From: Eledone cirrhosa
Lineage: Eukaryota
Reading direction: 5' to 3'
Length of the DNA: 64,000 nucleotides
NCBI GenBank assembly: GCA_964016885.1
Contig: OZ024741.1
Coordinates: 142,786,001-142,850,000 of the forward strand
The notes under the pieces are model-generated. The model worked only from the letters and a program-made list of their open reading frames with translations, made no database searches and was not told where the DNA came from. Positions 18,573 through 31,411 of the stretch are shown here, piece after piece. Within the stretch, counting starts at the first letter, position 1, and every line of letters starts with the position of its first letter. Both the position numbers and the translations under genes were made by a program.

Positions 18573-18630
18573 TATATAGAGATATATATATAGAGAGATA
18601 TTAGAGATAGAGAGAGAGAGAGAGGGGGTA
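15701..18630. repeat. (TA)n/GATATATATA array grading into (GA)n
   Basis: Direct inspection. Confidence 0.95.
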
Positions 18631-20878
18631 GATATAGAGGCAGATATGCATGCATAGTCCCGTAACTTCTAAAGGAGCCACACAGCATTTTTAAAACCTC
18701 GCGAAGCCTGAGCCTCTCCAGAACTGAATACACCAAATTTCTTCCAGACAAGGATATAGAGAGTGAGAGAAAAAAAGATATATAGGGGAAGAATCGAACC
18801 AGTACTAGACTGGTACTTTTTTTATCGACCTCAAATGGAAGGAAGATAGGATTTGAACTGAGAAAGCTGAAACGAAAACAGCAAGCATTCTATTGGACGT
18901 TATAATGACTGCCAATTTGTCGCCTTAGAAATAGATTGAAGGCAGAGAGATAATTGTCCAATATAAAAAGATATGAAGTAGGTTATTAAGAGGAGAGCAG
19001 GGGAGGTGGAGTATGAAGATAAAAGTGGTGTATTGAGGACAGCAAGACAATGTTTCTGTCATTACAATAGGAATATAGACGTGGAACAACAGGTTTATGA
19101 GAGAGAGAGAGAAAGAAAAAGAAAGACAGAAAAAGAGAGCGACAGAGAGAGAAAGGAAGAGGGAGAGAGAGAGAGAAGGGGAGGGAGAGAGTGACAGAGA
19201 AACAGAGAGTCAGAAAGAAAAACAAAGAGTAAAAAAGAGAGTGAAATAAAGCGATAGAGAAAAAGATAGGGCAGAGAGAGAGAGAGAAAGAAGTATATGC
19301 AAATAAAGTGATGGAGCAGTTGCATGAAAAAAAAAAATATCCAAAAGTGAGAAAGAAAGTCGTGGAAGACATGATGAAATAGGGGCGGTGCAGACTGCAA
19401 TAAAATATACCGAGGACGTTTTATCATGGCTTTAACACTAAAGAGACTGTCGTGCTCTTGACAATTAAAAAGTCCTTTTCACTCTTTTTGCCATGGTTTC
19501 TACAGTTGGATGCCCTTATCAGCAGTTTCAGTGTTTTATCATGGCACAAGAAAAGCAGCCACAAATCCCCAATTAAGTTTATTAAACCTGTCACAATATA
19601 TTGTAACACACCATTGTTATATAGTATGACAACCATTTATATAATTGATGTCTCGGTATCTTTTACATAAACAAACTGCTCCCCACCTACACCAACACTA
19701 TATTTTGTCAATAACGGCAACAAGCAATTGTTAATTGTTCTTGTGTATTTTTAGACATCATTTCACTTACTCGTGTCTCTCAAGCCAACGGGGGAGGGGG
19801 GGGGCACATACGGTCACATTCTCTGCTAGCTAGAAAAAGCAGTTCAATTCCCTCAAATCTAACTGAAAAATAATCATGTAGCCTTTGATGCACTATGCCT
19901 GACTAAAAGACAGGTTTGCTATGGTAGGAACGCCTCAGATCGTAAGGTCTGCTAGTTCAGAGCTGAATTGGAGCAAAAACAACAGCAGTCGTTGTATTCC
20001 CAGCATTTATTACGTGTGGCACATAAACGGGACTATAAATATGACCGCGTGCCTCCTAATTATTAAAAGAAAGTAAAAGGCCAAATACGTTGATTTGATA
20101 TCCTTCTGGGATGGATAAAACAAGTAGCAGCTCTTGACCTACGAATTTGTGGCTTGCAGCCAACCAGAGAGAGAGACAGAGAGGAACAGAGATACAGACA
20201 ATCAGAGAGAGAGAGGAGAGAGAAAGGAGAAAAGAGCGAGAGACAGAGATAGGAGGAAAAAGAAAGAGATGGCAATGGGAGAAACGAAAGAAGAGAAAGC
20301 GAGAAGAAAGAGAAAGAAGAAAAAAGTAAAAGAAAAAAGTAAAAGAAAAAAGAAAAAAGAAAAAAGAAAAAAGAAAAAAAGAAAAAAGAAAACGAAAAAA
20401 GAAAAAGAGAAATAAAAACATGTTTGGCTAAGTATTTTTGTTTCGAACAGTCTCGACTATCTGGGCGCCAGATCAAAACACTATTGATTTAGAGCTTTAA
20501 AATGTATTGATCTGCTCTCAATTTTATGAGTTCAATCTCCGCGGGAGATGACGATAGATAGGTACGATCAGGGGGGCGGTGTAGGGGATAAGGACTGGGC
20601 GTTGCGGGGTGGAAGAATGGTGCAACAATCGTATTTTGGCACTACTCTGATAACTACCGTTCAATGATCGAAACAACAGAATTAAACATGGTTGGGTGCC
20701 AAAGTTCCGTGGTGGGATGGAGAAATGGAATCGAACTAACCAGATTGTACGTCTAAAGTAACAAGACTTTAGAAGATGCATTAAGCTTAGATACTTGAGA
20801 GAGAGAGAGAGAGAGAAAGAGAGAAAGAAAGAGAGAAAGAAAGAGAGAGAAAGAAAGAGAGAGAGAGAGCGAGAGAGA

Positions 20879-20917
<39 letters not shown>

Positions 20918-21169
20918 CGCGGCTACAAACAAAACATCAGGTTAAAGTTCAGTATTTATTTATTTATTAACAGCTTGGCTTAACTCTAGCCTACCAGAGT
21001 TTTGAAAAATTCTATGCACGTGCGTGTAGATAACCTTACCCACCATCTCATTCATCGTTTATTTCCATGCTTCCATCTATCTCTTTTCCCTTTCTATCTC
21101 TTCTTATCCATTTCTACACCCCATCCACCCGTCCCAATCGATCCCTACCCAACCACCACCACCACCGCA

Positions 21170-22030
21170 GACACAGCTGTAGCCAACGACACTGGCAGAC
21201 TCGATCCTGTCAGCCCCAATGAAGTCAGACGCCCCGAAGAAGCTCAACAACCAGAAAGCCCTATCACCGTGAAGATGTTAAAGGCAGGCGGAGATAACAT
21301 GATCTAGTGGCTCACCCGCATCATCAACCATGTATGGATATTAGAGCGGCTCCTAAATGACTGGACACAGGGCATAGTCCTCCTCTTCTGGAAACAGAAG
21401 GGTGACAAACTCATCTGCAGCAGCCAAAGGGGCATCACCCTCCTCTCCATCCCAAGCTAACTTTTCACCAAGATCTTCCTCAGCCGTGCTCTTTCCGCCA
21501 TTAGAAGCACACTTCGCTCACAAGCCAGATTCATGCCAACTCGATCTACCGCTTACTACATTTCTGCAGAGATCGTCGCCACTACGGCACCTTCGACAAC
21601 CTCAAAACGACTTTCGACACGGTTGACCACACATCCCTCTGGAAAATTCTACAGCTCACCGTTGCGCCTCCCAAGATCACCCTGTTCAAACGGCTCTATC
21701 GCAGTGTCGAGTGATGTGTGAGGGTAAACGGAAAGGACACGGACCAATGCCCAATCGACAGCGTGATCAGACAGGGCTACATGGCTGTCCTCGACCTCTT
21801 CATCTGTGTCATCGACCTGTGGGCGAATATTTTTGGCGTTACCTTCGGGAACTACCACCTTACCGGCCTGGAGTACACGGATGACACTACCCTATTCAGC
21901 AACTCAATCGATCAGCTCAGAGACGCACTGGCCATATACCGAGAGGAGTCAGCAAAGCTTGGCCTTCAGGTGAGTTAAGCGAAGACCAAGCTGATGCATG
22001 TCGGCGATGCCCAGATCCTCCCCCACTTTA
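21170..22030 (+). mobile_element. Decayed RTE-like reverse transcriptase fragment
   Basis: MLKAGG..., KGDKLIC...RGITLLSIP, IRQG, LEYTDD (YADD-like), KLGLQVS; stops and frameshifts. Confidence 0.8.
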
Positions 22031-22205
22031 TGAGGATGAAGCAGAGGGTTAAATCTAGACTGTTAATCATTGAGCAATCGATTAAATTGATTGCAGATTC
22101 CGGAAATATGAAAATCAAAGTAGACCTTAACGTGATCTGAACATAAATAGACCTTATTAAAACTATAATAATATGCCACGTGCATATACACACACACACA
22201 CGCGC

Positions 22206-22244
<39 letters not shown>

Positions 22245-22284
22245 AGTTAACGGACCCACAATATTTATCAATGCCAGGACCGGT

Positions 22285-22338
<54 letters not shown>

Positions 22339-22619
22339 TATACCAATCCTGAACTCCCAAAATTAAATAGTTAAAGCTATTGTTGCTATTATTAATGACA
22401 TGGGAACACTGACTGAGCGGTTGTGTCCTTTATTTCACGTCGCTCCAGTTCACTCAGCTGGGAAAAAATGAGTTGCGACGTCACTTGGGCCAAGCTGTAT
22501 TGGCCTTTGGTATGAACATTTGGTATGAACAAATTAAAAAAGGGGAAACAAAAGTAAAGAAAGTAAAAGAACGGGAAAGGGAGGGGATGACAAGAGCTCT
22601 GGTGTCGCAGAAGAGAGGG

Positions 22620-23370
22620 TGAGGGGTGAGGGGTGATTGGGATTTGAGCCTAGGGCAACAGAGCAGGAGTGCTGCGCCCCGTGGACAAGACGGCAAAAGC
22701 ACTTCCCCGGACGATGGCCAGTGGCACCTGCTACAATAGCCACCCAACCCCGTGAGACTTCCTCCTCAGATGGGCCACCGACGCTCTGAACTTGCGGAGG
22801 AGCTCAGCAGTACGGGGTCAGAGATCTCGACGGTGACCAGTGCGAAGAGGAAGCGGCCGGAAAAACCCCAGTATTTGCTTATTTTACGTTTTCCTGCTAG
22901 GCAGGCTGCGATGCTGGTGTTTGTGGCCGAAGCGACTAAGTTGGAGGCAGAGAACGTGTCCGCAGCAGGTGGCGTCCCAGATGAGGGATCTACCTCCTTT
23001 CAATGGGAAGAGGGCGATTCCATCGGGGTGCTTGCCATCTCCGCGATCTAGTCCTGCTGGCTCCAGTTGTGATGGAAAGCCAGAGGGTGCAGGCCGAACT
23101 TAACCGCTCCACAGCAGCATTTATGCATGTGGTGAACATAGGAATTATGACGTCACTGGTACGAAACTGTATCTACCTTTCCCTGGGACAACATCAGTGG
23201 CACGGAGAAGAGACACTGGCATACATGGGCAGCAGCTGGTCTTTACAAAAATACCTTTCTCGGGCTTGTGCCTCAGAGGGGAAGTTTTTAGGTGCAAAAC
23301 CCATGGTCATTCGTGACCGAAGGAGGTCTTTACCTTTTATTTCCCTAAAAGCAAATAGTACCAGTGATTG
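22620..23370 (-). mobile_element. Possible decayed LINE ORF1 (gag-like) fragment
   Basis: GC-rich block; frameshifted remnant of a CFxCxxxGHxxxxCP knuckle near 22650-22720. Confidence 0.35.
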
Positions 23371-23641
23371 ACTTAAGATAAATGAAAACACACATACAAG
23401 CATGCTAAAAAAATGCCGCATAAACACATACACACATACAAATAGATGTGTTTAAAAAGTGTTGGAAAAAAACAAAAAAAAACAAAACAAGTTATTGATC
23501 TTTTATAGAGATGATGCAAGCGAAATGAATATAGCAGGAGAGAGAGAGAAAGAAAGAAGAGAGAGATAACAGACAGAGAGATAGAAAGGTCAGAAAGGAT
23601 GAGTCGGCTTTACAGGAACATCTTAATAACATGACTTGGTG

Positions 23642-25020
23642 CTTTCTTCTTCGAGCACTTATTCCTGAGAATGTCGTGGGGGCAGAGTCCTCAAATATCC
23701 CTTCCAGCTGGTCCTGTCAGAAGTAACCATCTCCAACTGATCTGGCTGGATCCCCAAGAGAGACCAGCCAAGCTCATGGATGTTATTTAACCATCTGACT
23801 TGGGGTATACCCCTGAGTTTCCTGCCGGTTGTTTTTGACCGAAAAATCTGTTCAGTGATTCTTTCCAAAGACATTCTAACCACATGCCCATAGTATCAGA
23901 GCTGTGATATCTCAATTCGGAGAAGTAGCAGCTCTACTTGGAGTGACTCTCCGATCTCCAAACTATCAAATGACATTACTGCAAAAACCTACCAGAGAAA
24001 CCCCACTGCAGCCACCTGTATTCGCCATGGTCTTTTTTTGGTTACTACCTGCTTTTGTGACCTCAACCTCCAAGAGATTAGTCACTGTTCCCAGATGCAC
24101 CTCCTGTACACGAGATTTTGTTGTGATCAGGTTTAGGAGATCAGCAAATTATTCTTTCCACCTCGCGAGGATGCACCTCTCTGAAGAGAGAAGAACCCCC
24201 AGACGCATTCCTGATAGCAGGTGTGGAGGAGGACTTCTCATTACAAAATCGGCTAATGGTCTGCCAGAATACTTTATTTGCTGATCTGAAGTCAGATTCC
24301 AGCTTAATCACAAAGTCCTCCCATGTCTTAACTTTGGATGCCTTTACTGTCTCTGCTGTGATTCTTTGTGCCTGATTGTACCGCATGTGAAAGAAGGAGC
24401 ACTTATTTTCAAGCCAAGCTTTGTAGGCCTCCTTTGCTCAGATGGTATTTTTGACATCTTGATTGAACAAAGGGATCCTCTTCTTATCCAGCACCATACC
24501 AAGCCACTTTTGCCCGCAGCATTTAACAACTGAAGCAGAAACTGCTGAGCTGAACAATCTCTGTTGTCTCAATGTCCTCAGGAGTTCTCTGAATTTGGAT
24601 GCAATAGTATCTGCATACCTGGTCATGACTTCCCTATCCACAAATCCTTCTCACTTTATCCTGTTGGTCACCCAGGACCTGCTTGATTTTGGGGCTTCTT
24701 AAATTGCAGATAACTAGATAGTGATCAGTTGACAGCTCAGCCCTTTTCTTAACATGAACTTCCAGCACAAAATTGAAGAGATCAGAGACAATAAGAAAAT
24801 TGATTATTGATCTCTGTCCCAGATTTACATTATACCATGTATATTTATGGATGTCGCTGTGCTGGAAGGTGTTCAAAATATAGAGTCCATTGCTATAACA
24901 GAGGTATAATAAGGCCTCGCCATTCATATTTAGATCAGGTTCACCATTCCTGCCTATCACTCCTTTCCATGTCATGATGTCAGTGCCAACATGAGATGTT
25001 GAGTGAGGGGATACTATCAT
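23642..25020 (-). mobile_element. Decayed, internally deleted RTE LINE (endonuclease region joined to 3' end)
   Basis: N..HKYTW...IINFLIV...STDHYLV endonuclease motifs (24634-25020); 3' RG.PQVRW...gaagaaga tail; same family at 27155-27600 and 54690-55405. Confidence 0.85.
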
Positions 25021-25856
25021 CTAAAGTTAAGTACTTACTGGTGATCATGAAGAATTTCAACTCTATGCCACTGTCCCTTTGAGACTGGCCAGTAAGTGAG
25101 CATCTATGTGAGCGCTCAACCTGTTACAATTAAGAGCCTGCTCATGAAATTAACGTGTAAATAGCTGAGCATTCTCCAGACACGTCAGAGATTCGGGTAT
25201 GCAACAGTTTATAACAAAGTTGGCGTTCTGAATTACAGGTACAGCCCATCCAACAGGCTTCCAAACAGTTTCCATTTTTCAGTAACAATTTCACTCACAA
25301 GGTATGGGTTGATCTGTGGCTATGGTAAATGACAGTTGCTCAAGATATCACACAGCGAGACCGAACCCAGGACCTAATGATTGCAAAGCAAACCCCCTAT
25401 CCATTTGGCCATGCTGTGTCCCCATGGTCCTAGACACCCCTAAAAAGACTGGATGGTCGCTGCTGAAATACTTATTGTATGTCGAGTCCAATCAGAGTTG
25501 ATCTGGGAGTAAACAACAAAACCAAGACAAACTATTTAGGTTAGCTTACATCCGGCTCAATGCAGCAGTAACATCACAGCCCTTCCCTCCTCTTATATGC
25601 TGATTGATCATCACCAACAGCACCACTCTCATTGCTAGCATTAGACCACACCAACATCACTATTACCACCACAAAGGTAGAGGTGCGCGCGCGCGCGCAC
25701 ACTATCTTGATGGAAATTACATTGAGGTGAGTAAAAGGTTCAGTTGAATGTCAGAAGCTGAGTCAATCCTCTCAAAATTCCCCAAATCCCAGAAGTCACA
25801 ACACAAGAAGAAAGACTAACTGTAAAGCAATAAGCAAACATAATATATATATTATA

Positions 25857-26665
25857 CTAGCAGTGGTACCCGGCGTTGCACGGGATAAGGTATTTTGTAA
25901 CGCAGGCCGCCAACAGACCTAATCGTGGAAAAACTGCATGCGTGGACAATATGTAAAGAAAATAAATTGAATACTCTGATGGCTGGATAATCTTTAAGAT
26001 TTTCCTCGATGAAGCAGGAAAAATGCAGGTTTTCACCTAGGGGATCAAGAAAATGAATTTTTTCTGAAAAAAAAAATGAAGTTTTTCACCTAATGCAGGT
26101 AAAAAAGTTGGATTTTCTTTGTCACGGTGTAAAGACTGATAATAGTTACAATTTCAAGGAAATCAGTCTGACGTAACGACTCAAAAAGCCCTAAAAACCT
26201 GAAAAAAAACGCAGTTTTTCAACTAATGCGAGCCCTAGGCGATCAAAATGTTGAATTTTTTTATGTGCATAACACTCCCTGAAACATAAGTAATACACAT
26301 GTAAAGTTTGAAAAAAGTCGGTTGGGTACTTCGAGTTTTAGGGATTCAAACTCACAGACACACACAGACATCCTCAGGGAAGTGACGTAATGCAGACAGC
26401 CAGACATACAGACATATTATAAGGGCGCGACGTTATATGTATGTATCTATCTATCTAAAAAGAGAAAGACTAAGAATTATAGAGAGGGATCGCTAAATCG
26501 CCTAATGCGGTCCCTAGGGCATTGAAAATTTGAAATTCTTTTTGCTCAGAACACTCCCTGAAACATAAGTATTACACGTGTAAAGTTTGAAAAGTCGGTT
26601 GAGTGGTTCTCGAGTTTTAGGGATTCAAACACACACACAGACATCCTCAGTTTTATATATATAGA
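25857..26665 (-). mobile_element. Non-autonomous Helitron (809 bp) with an internal ~150-bp duplication
   Basis: Minus strand reads A|TCTATATATATAAAA ... hairpin cccgtgcaacgccggg ... CTAG|T, i.e. canonical TC/CTAG ends in an AT target; 26220-26378 duplicated at 26500-26650. Confidence 0.85.
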
Positions 26666-27154
26666 TTATACATAGATTGTATTACATAAACAGATGTTAT
26701 AAATTTGTAAACATAGATGTGCATTAATACACACACACAAACACAATCAAAAACAATATAAGCAGTCATTCAAGGTTATACACACACATACACACTCACA
26801 TATAATCACACAAACATTGGTTTTACAGAAACACATAAGTTTTCACCATTCTAGACTTTATTGATTCCACCACACACACACACATATGTAGATACACACA
26901 TACATTTTGCACACACACACACACGATACATTTTTTTCTTACTAAACAAACAAGAGAGAAGAAAAGAATGCGAGAAAGATCGTTTTTAACATTTCACCAT
27001 CACAACCAGATGTCTGTAATATCTAGAATATGTTTGATAGACACATTACGGATACAAACAATCTACATTTAATGTCAAACAGTAAAACAAACTCCCACGC
27101 ACAACTAAAACAGACCCATTAACTCAGAAATTGAGAAATAAAGGGTATTCATAC

Positions 27155-27600
27155 CAACCCTTACCTATAGTCATGAATCTTGGGTAATGACCGAAAGAAT
27201 ATGATCACAAATACAAGGACGAAATGGGGTTCCTCTGAAGGGTCTTTGGAGTAATGTTACTCCATAAAGTGCATAGCTCAGAGATCAGAGAGTCACTTCA
27301 CGTAGAGCCGCTACTTCTCCGAATTGTGAGATCACAGCTCCAATATTAACAGATATGTGCTTAGAATGTCTAAGGAAAGAATCATTGGACAGATTTTACG
27401 AGCAAAACCAACTGGAGAGAGACCCAGGGGCAGACCCCGAGCAAGATGGTTGTATAAAATCCATGAGCTTGGCTGCTTTTGATTGAAAATCCAGCCGGAT
27501 CAGTTGGCAACAACTGCTTCTGACAGGACCTGCTGGAGGGAGTATTTGAGGACTCTTCCCCAACACCCTCTCAGGAATAAGTGGGCGAAGAAGTATTCTT
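27155..27600 (+). mobile_element. RTE LINE 3' fragment
   Basis: Homologous to 54960-55405 and 23642-24050. Confidence 0.8.
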
Positions 27601-28743
27601 CCTCACCCAACAAAAATGAATAAATAAATGAGGTAAATTCAAATTCTAGAACTTTCTGTTTCACTTAGTATCCAAATTATTGAAATTCCTGCCATTGCTC
27701 CCACTGGAGTTATTTCTCCTTAGCTCACTTCACATACATCATTCTATTCTTTTTCTTGTTGGCATCAGGTGGAGAGATTTTTGAAGCAGAATTCTATGAC
27801 CAGAAGCCACTCTCAGCACCACTCATTTTTGCCTGTTTAACCCTTTCCTTACCATATTTCTAATGAAAAACTGCTTGTGATTTTTAAATAATTTGGAAAA
27901 TAATCATGAATATCAAGGCTATATAACTTTCTACTTATTAAGCTGGTGTTTGGAACACAACTTAAAGGTTCTTATATAAAATTATGTAGGAAGTATTTTA
28001 GATAAATATCTAATAGAAACACTTTAAAATAAACACCATTATATCATAAAACCAGGGGCTATTTCAGGCAGATTAGTATCAAAGGTAGGACGAATCTTCA
28101 TATATCTAACTGGTGAGCAACAGGATATATGTTTACATGGAAATGCAGAGATGGATATCATTACCTGTATAAGAGAGAGAGATACATGTATGATGGGCTT
28201 TGTGCAGTCAACCAAATTCACCGCAATACATTGCTCAGCCTAGGACTAGAAAAGGGGATAAGCCAAAGGGGTCATGCTGCGAGACAGAACCCAAAACTAA
28301 GTGGTTTTGAAGCAAACTTAAATCGCACAGACATGCGTGCGTTTTTTTTTTTATCCAGATTTCTTTTCATAAGATAGTCAGACAAAGGAAAGAGAAAAAG
28401 CACATCACATCGGCACTGCTGCTGCCACTGCCATATCACCGTCACCAGTAGAATAGTGAGACTGATATGGCTAATGTCTTCAGGAAAAACTACAAGAGTC
28501 GGCTGCTGAAATGGCAGCAAGGTGTCAGATGGTAGGATTAAACATGGTGGATCGTTAATCAAGACAGAGAGAGAGAGACTGAGACAAAGAGAGAGAGAGG
28601 GAGTGTTAATTGATTAAATTAACCGGTTTCAAAGTACCATATGGTTTTGGGGAGGTTTTAGCAATACTGATCATTGCAGCGACATGAAACTAGTGACGAG
28701 AAAGGAATTCTGTTTATATAATTAACGTTTGTATTCTATTTCA

Positions 28744-28791
28744 TCAGTCACTGATGAAATCCTAATACTATATTGAAACTAGCCTGGCTGA
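28744..28791 (+). ncRNA. Degenerate minimal hammerhead ribozyme (family H3)
   Basis: Helix I tcagtca/tggctga, CTGATGA 28751-28757, GAAA 28775-28778, palindromic CTAG; U16.1 replaced by C. Confidence 0.55.
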
Positions 28792-29046
28792 TCCCTCTTT
28801 TTCTGCCCACAAAGATTGTATATATATAAACAGGCTGTTTACATAGTGTTGGCTACAATGGACAGATATATTTTATAGTACAGTATAGTAGTGAAACAAT
28901 GTATATATACAGACAAGGTGTGTATATCTGTCTACACATGCAGTGTTGGTTTGAATATATAGATACATTCTGTATTAAAGTAGAGCATTGACACTTTCAT
29001 CGTCATCGTTTTTATGTCCACTTTTCCACGCTTGCATACATATATA

Positions 29047-29277
29047 CAAAAAGCACCCAGCCGAAACTAAAGTGGTTGTGTAGGTATCACAACCAAAAGC
29101 ACCTAGCACACAGTGGAAATGTGGTTGGCATTAGGAAGGGCATCCAGCTGTAGAAATCTAGCCAGAAACAGTTCTGCATGAGCAGGACATGGTCACCTGA
29201 CCCAACTTACCTCTAATGGTACAATCCGTCTAACCCATGCTAGCGTGGAAAATGGACGTTTTACGATGATGATGATG
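29047..29277 (+). mobile_element. SINE/RTE-type tail copy
   Basis: Matches 442-621; (GAT)n end. Confidence 0.75.
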
Positions 29278-29299
29278 ATACAGACAAGGTGTTTGCCTA

Positions 29300-30200
29300 T
29301 ATAAAGTTCGTTCTAGATATTGCTGCTGTAACTGTGTGCACACGTCTTAGCCAATATCACACCAACCATAGCCTGCCTCTCTCGGATCTGCTGTTTATTA
29401 GAGTCTCTAATCAATTTATCCAGAGAGCTTCATTTACCCTTAGAGTGTCACTGTGACAGTGAATGTCTTGCCCTTGTTTCCACACTTATCAATGTGCTTC
29501 CTGAAGGACAAGGTTCTGTTGCTGACGTGCTCCTTAATACGTATATGCAGCGGTCGGAGAGTGCTGCCAATGTAAAATTCCTTGCACCTGTCGCATTCGA
29601 TCTTGTACACGATGTATGAGTAAGCAACAGTTTGTATGGCATATTGGGCAATTGCTGAGGAAGCACTCATTTCCGGTGTTAAGATGTGTTTTTTGGGGAA
29701 AGGCATCTCCACAGGGAGGGTCCTGAGTGGGCCAACTAGATGTCAAGACCCTCTCTTCGTATGGCTCTGCGGATAGCGCTGGTGGTTTTCTCGCCCAGGT
29801 ATGTTTATCTCTCGTGTTTTGTTGCCTCCTGCGCCTGGGGTTCCTTATTCTGTTGGTGAAAGATGTTGGATGTCCATTGACCTCCAACACACTGTGGAAT
29901 TGCTTGGTGTGGGTGGCACCACTCACAATATCACTGCATCTGTCTTTTATCTACTTGATCTCATTTGTGATGTATCTTTTTTGGTGCTCTCAGGAAGAGT
30001 AGACTTGAAGTGGAATAACAGGTCCCAGCAGGCTGCCTTGTGGTAGAAGTCTGTGTGGATCCCTCCGTGTTCTGTGATGTTAAGACGAAAATCAAGAGGG
30101 CAAGGAAACTGTCGTCGCTAGGGTGCTCTATACAGAAGTCGATGTTCTTCTCCATGTTATTGAACGCCTCGTAAATACCATCAGCTGTTTCTCGGGAAAA
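29300..30200 (-). mobile_element. Penelope-like element fragment (RT C-terminus plus GIY-YIG endonuclease)
   Basis: IVYKIECDRCKEFYIGSTLRPLHIRIKEH GIY-YIG motif (29440-29712); RT thumb-like IDFCIEHP..SFLALLI (29961-30155). Confidence 0.85.
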
Positions 30201-30464
30201 TGACGTTTTTATTTTCCCTTCAGAAAACCACCCTTGTTGATGGATGCAAATCTGAAATATAGGGACTCTGGTATTCTTCTTTTTCCTCTTTTCTCCTTAT
30301 GCCTTTTACGTTTATTTCCGTTTGTTTTTCTTTTCCTTCTATTGCCACTGAATTTTGTTGCCAGAAGATTTACCTATCTGCATTGTAGAGGCTTCCAAAC
30401 AAACTATTTTTCTTATTCCACAATGCTTCATGCAAACCTGAACACTCTTGATAATTAAGATTTC

Positions 30465-30870
30465 TACTTTAGGCACAAGGCTAGCAATTTGTAGGGAAGC
30501 GAAAGTTATATCAATCACAGCATTTGGCTGGTACTTTATCTTAACCACATAAGGATGAAAGGCAAAGTTGATATGGTGAGCTGTGAACTCAGAACATAAA
30601 GGGCCGTAACTAAATACATTAAAGCATTTTCTTTGAGACTAACAATTCTGCCAATCCCCATCCTACTAATAATGCCCCTACATTTCGCACAAAGCCAGAA
30701 ATTTTGAAGAGAAGGGGAAAGTTAATTAAATCGATCCCATTGCGTACTTTATTTTATTGAACCCATAAAGAAGAAAGGTAAAGCTAACTTCAGCAGGATT
30801 TGAACTCAGAACATAGAAAATCTGAAAATACCACAAAGCATTTTGTCCAACACTCTACTGATACTGCCAT
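30465..30870 (-). mobile_element. Two tandem degenerate SINE family A copies
   Basis: Repeated aaggatgaaaggcaaagtt...tgaactcagaacata motif. Confidence 0.65.
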
Positions 30871-31192
30871 GATACTGCCATGATACTGCCATGTGTGTGT
30901 GTGTCATCAAGAGGTGTAGAGTGGAATTGTTGCCTGTATGGGTAGGTAAGTAGAAATGTTTGCTAGCCATCATATGAAGGTGATGGTGGATGCAATGGTT
31001 GGGTGGGTAGGTGAGGTGTTTGCCCACCATATTATCAGTGTGTGTGTGTGTGTCAGAAAGTACAATAGTCTTAAAGAAAAGTTAATGACAGGTGAAATGG
31101 ACAGGGTAGTGGTAAAGTCAAGGCAAAGCAAAATCTGGAAGAGGAGGAGAAGAAAGGGTCAGTGTAGTAGGGTAAGAAGGAGGGAGGGATGG

Positions 31193-31220
<28 letters not shown>

Positions 31221-31223
<3 letters not shown>

Positions 31224-31411
31224 GAAGGAAATGTGGTAAGGAACCAGGTGGACCATAACGCACCAAAGTACTCAATACTTGAGGTAGTAGAGTGGGTAAT
31301 AGGAACCAGTAAGACCCCGACAGCTGAGCTCAAGCCGTTTCGACAGCTAATTCTCAGAATTAGCCGTCGAAACGGCTTGAGCTCAGCTGTCGGGGTCTTA
31401 CTGGTTCCTAT
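31221..31411 (-). mobile_element. Second H2 fold-back element, inserted in (TA)n
   Basis: Palindrome 31299-31411 centred at 31355; tail identical to the reverse complement of 14516-14593; (TA)n on both sides. Confidence 0.8.

Noticed and set aside
19080-20420. Lys/Arg/Glu-rich ORFs
   Set aside because: GA-rich low-complexity tracts
28039-28170. Strong minus-strand acceptor and short ORF
   Set aside because: No recognisable protein or partner exon; the pyrimidine tract is a (CT)n repeat
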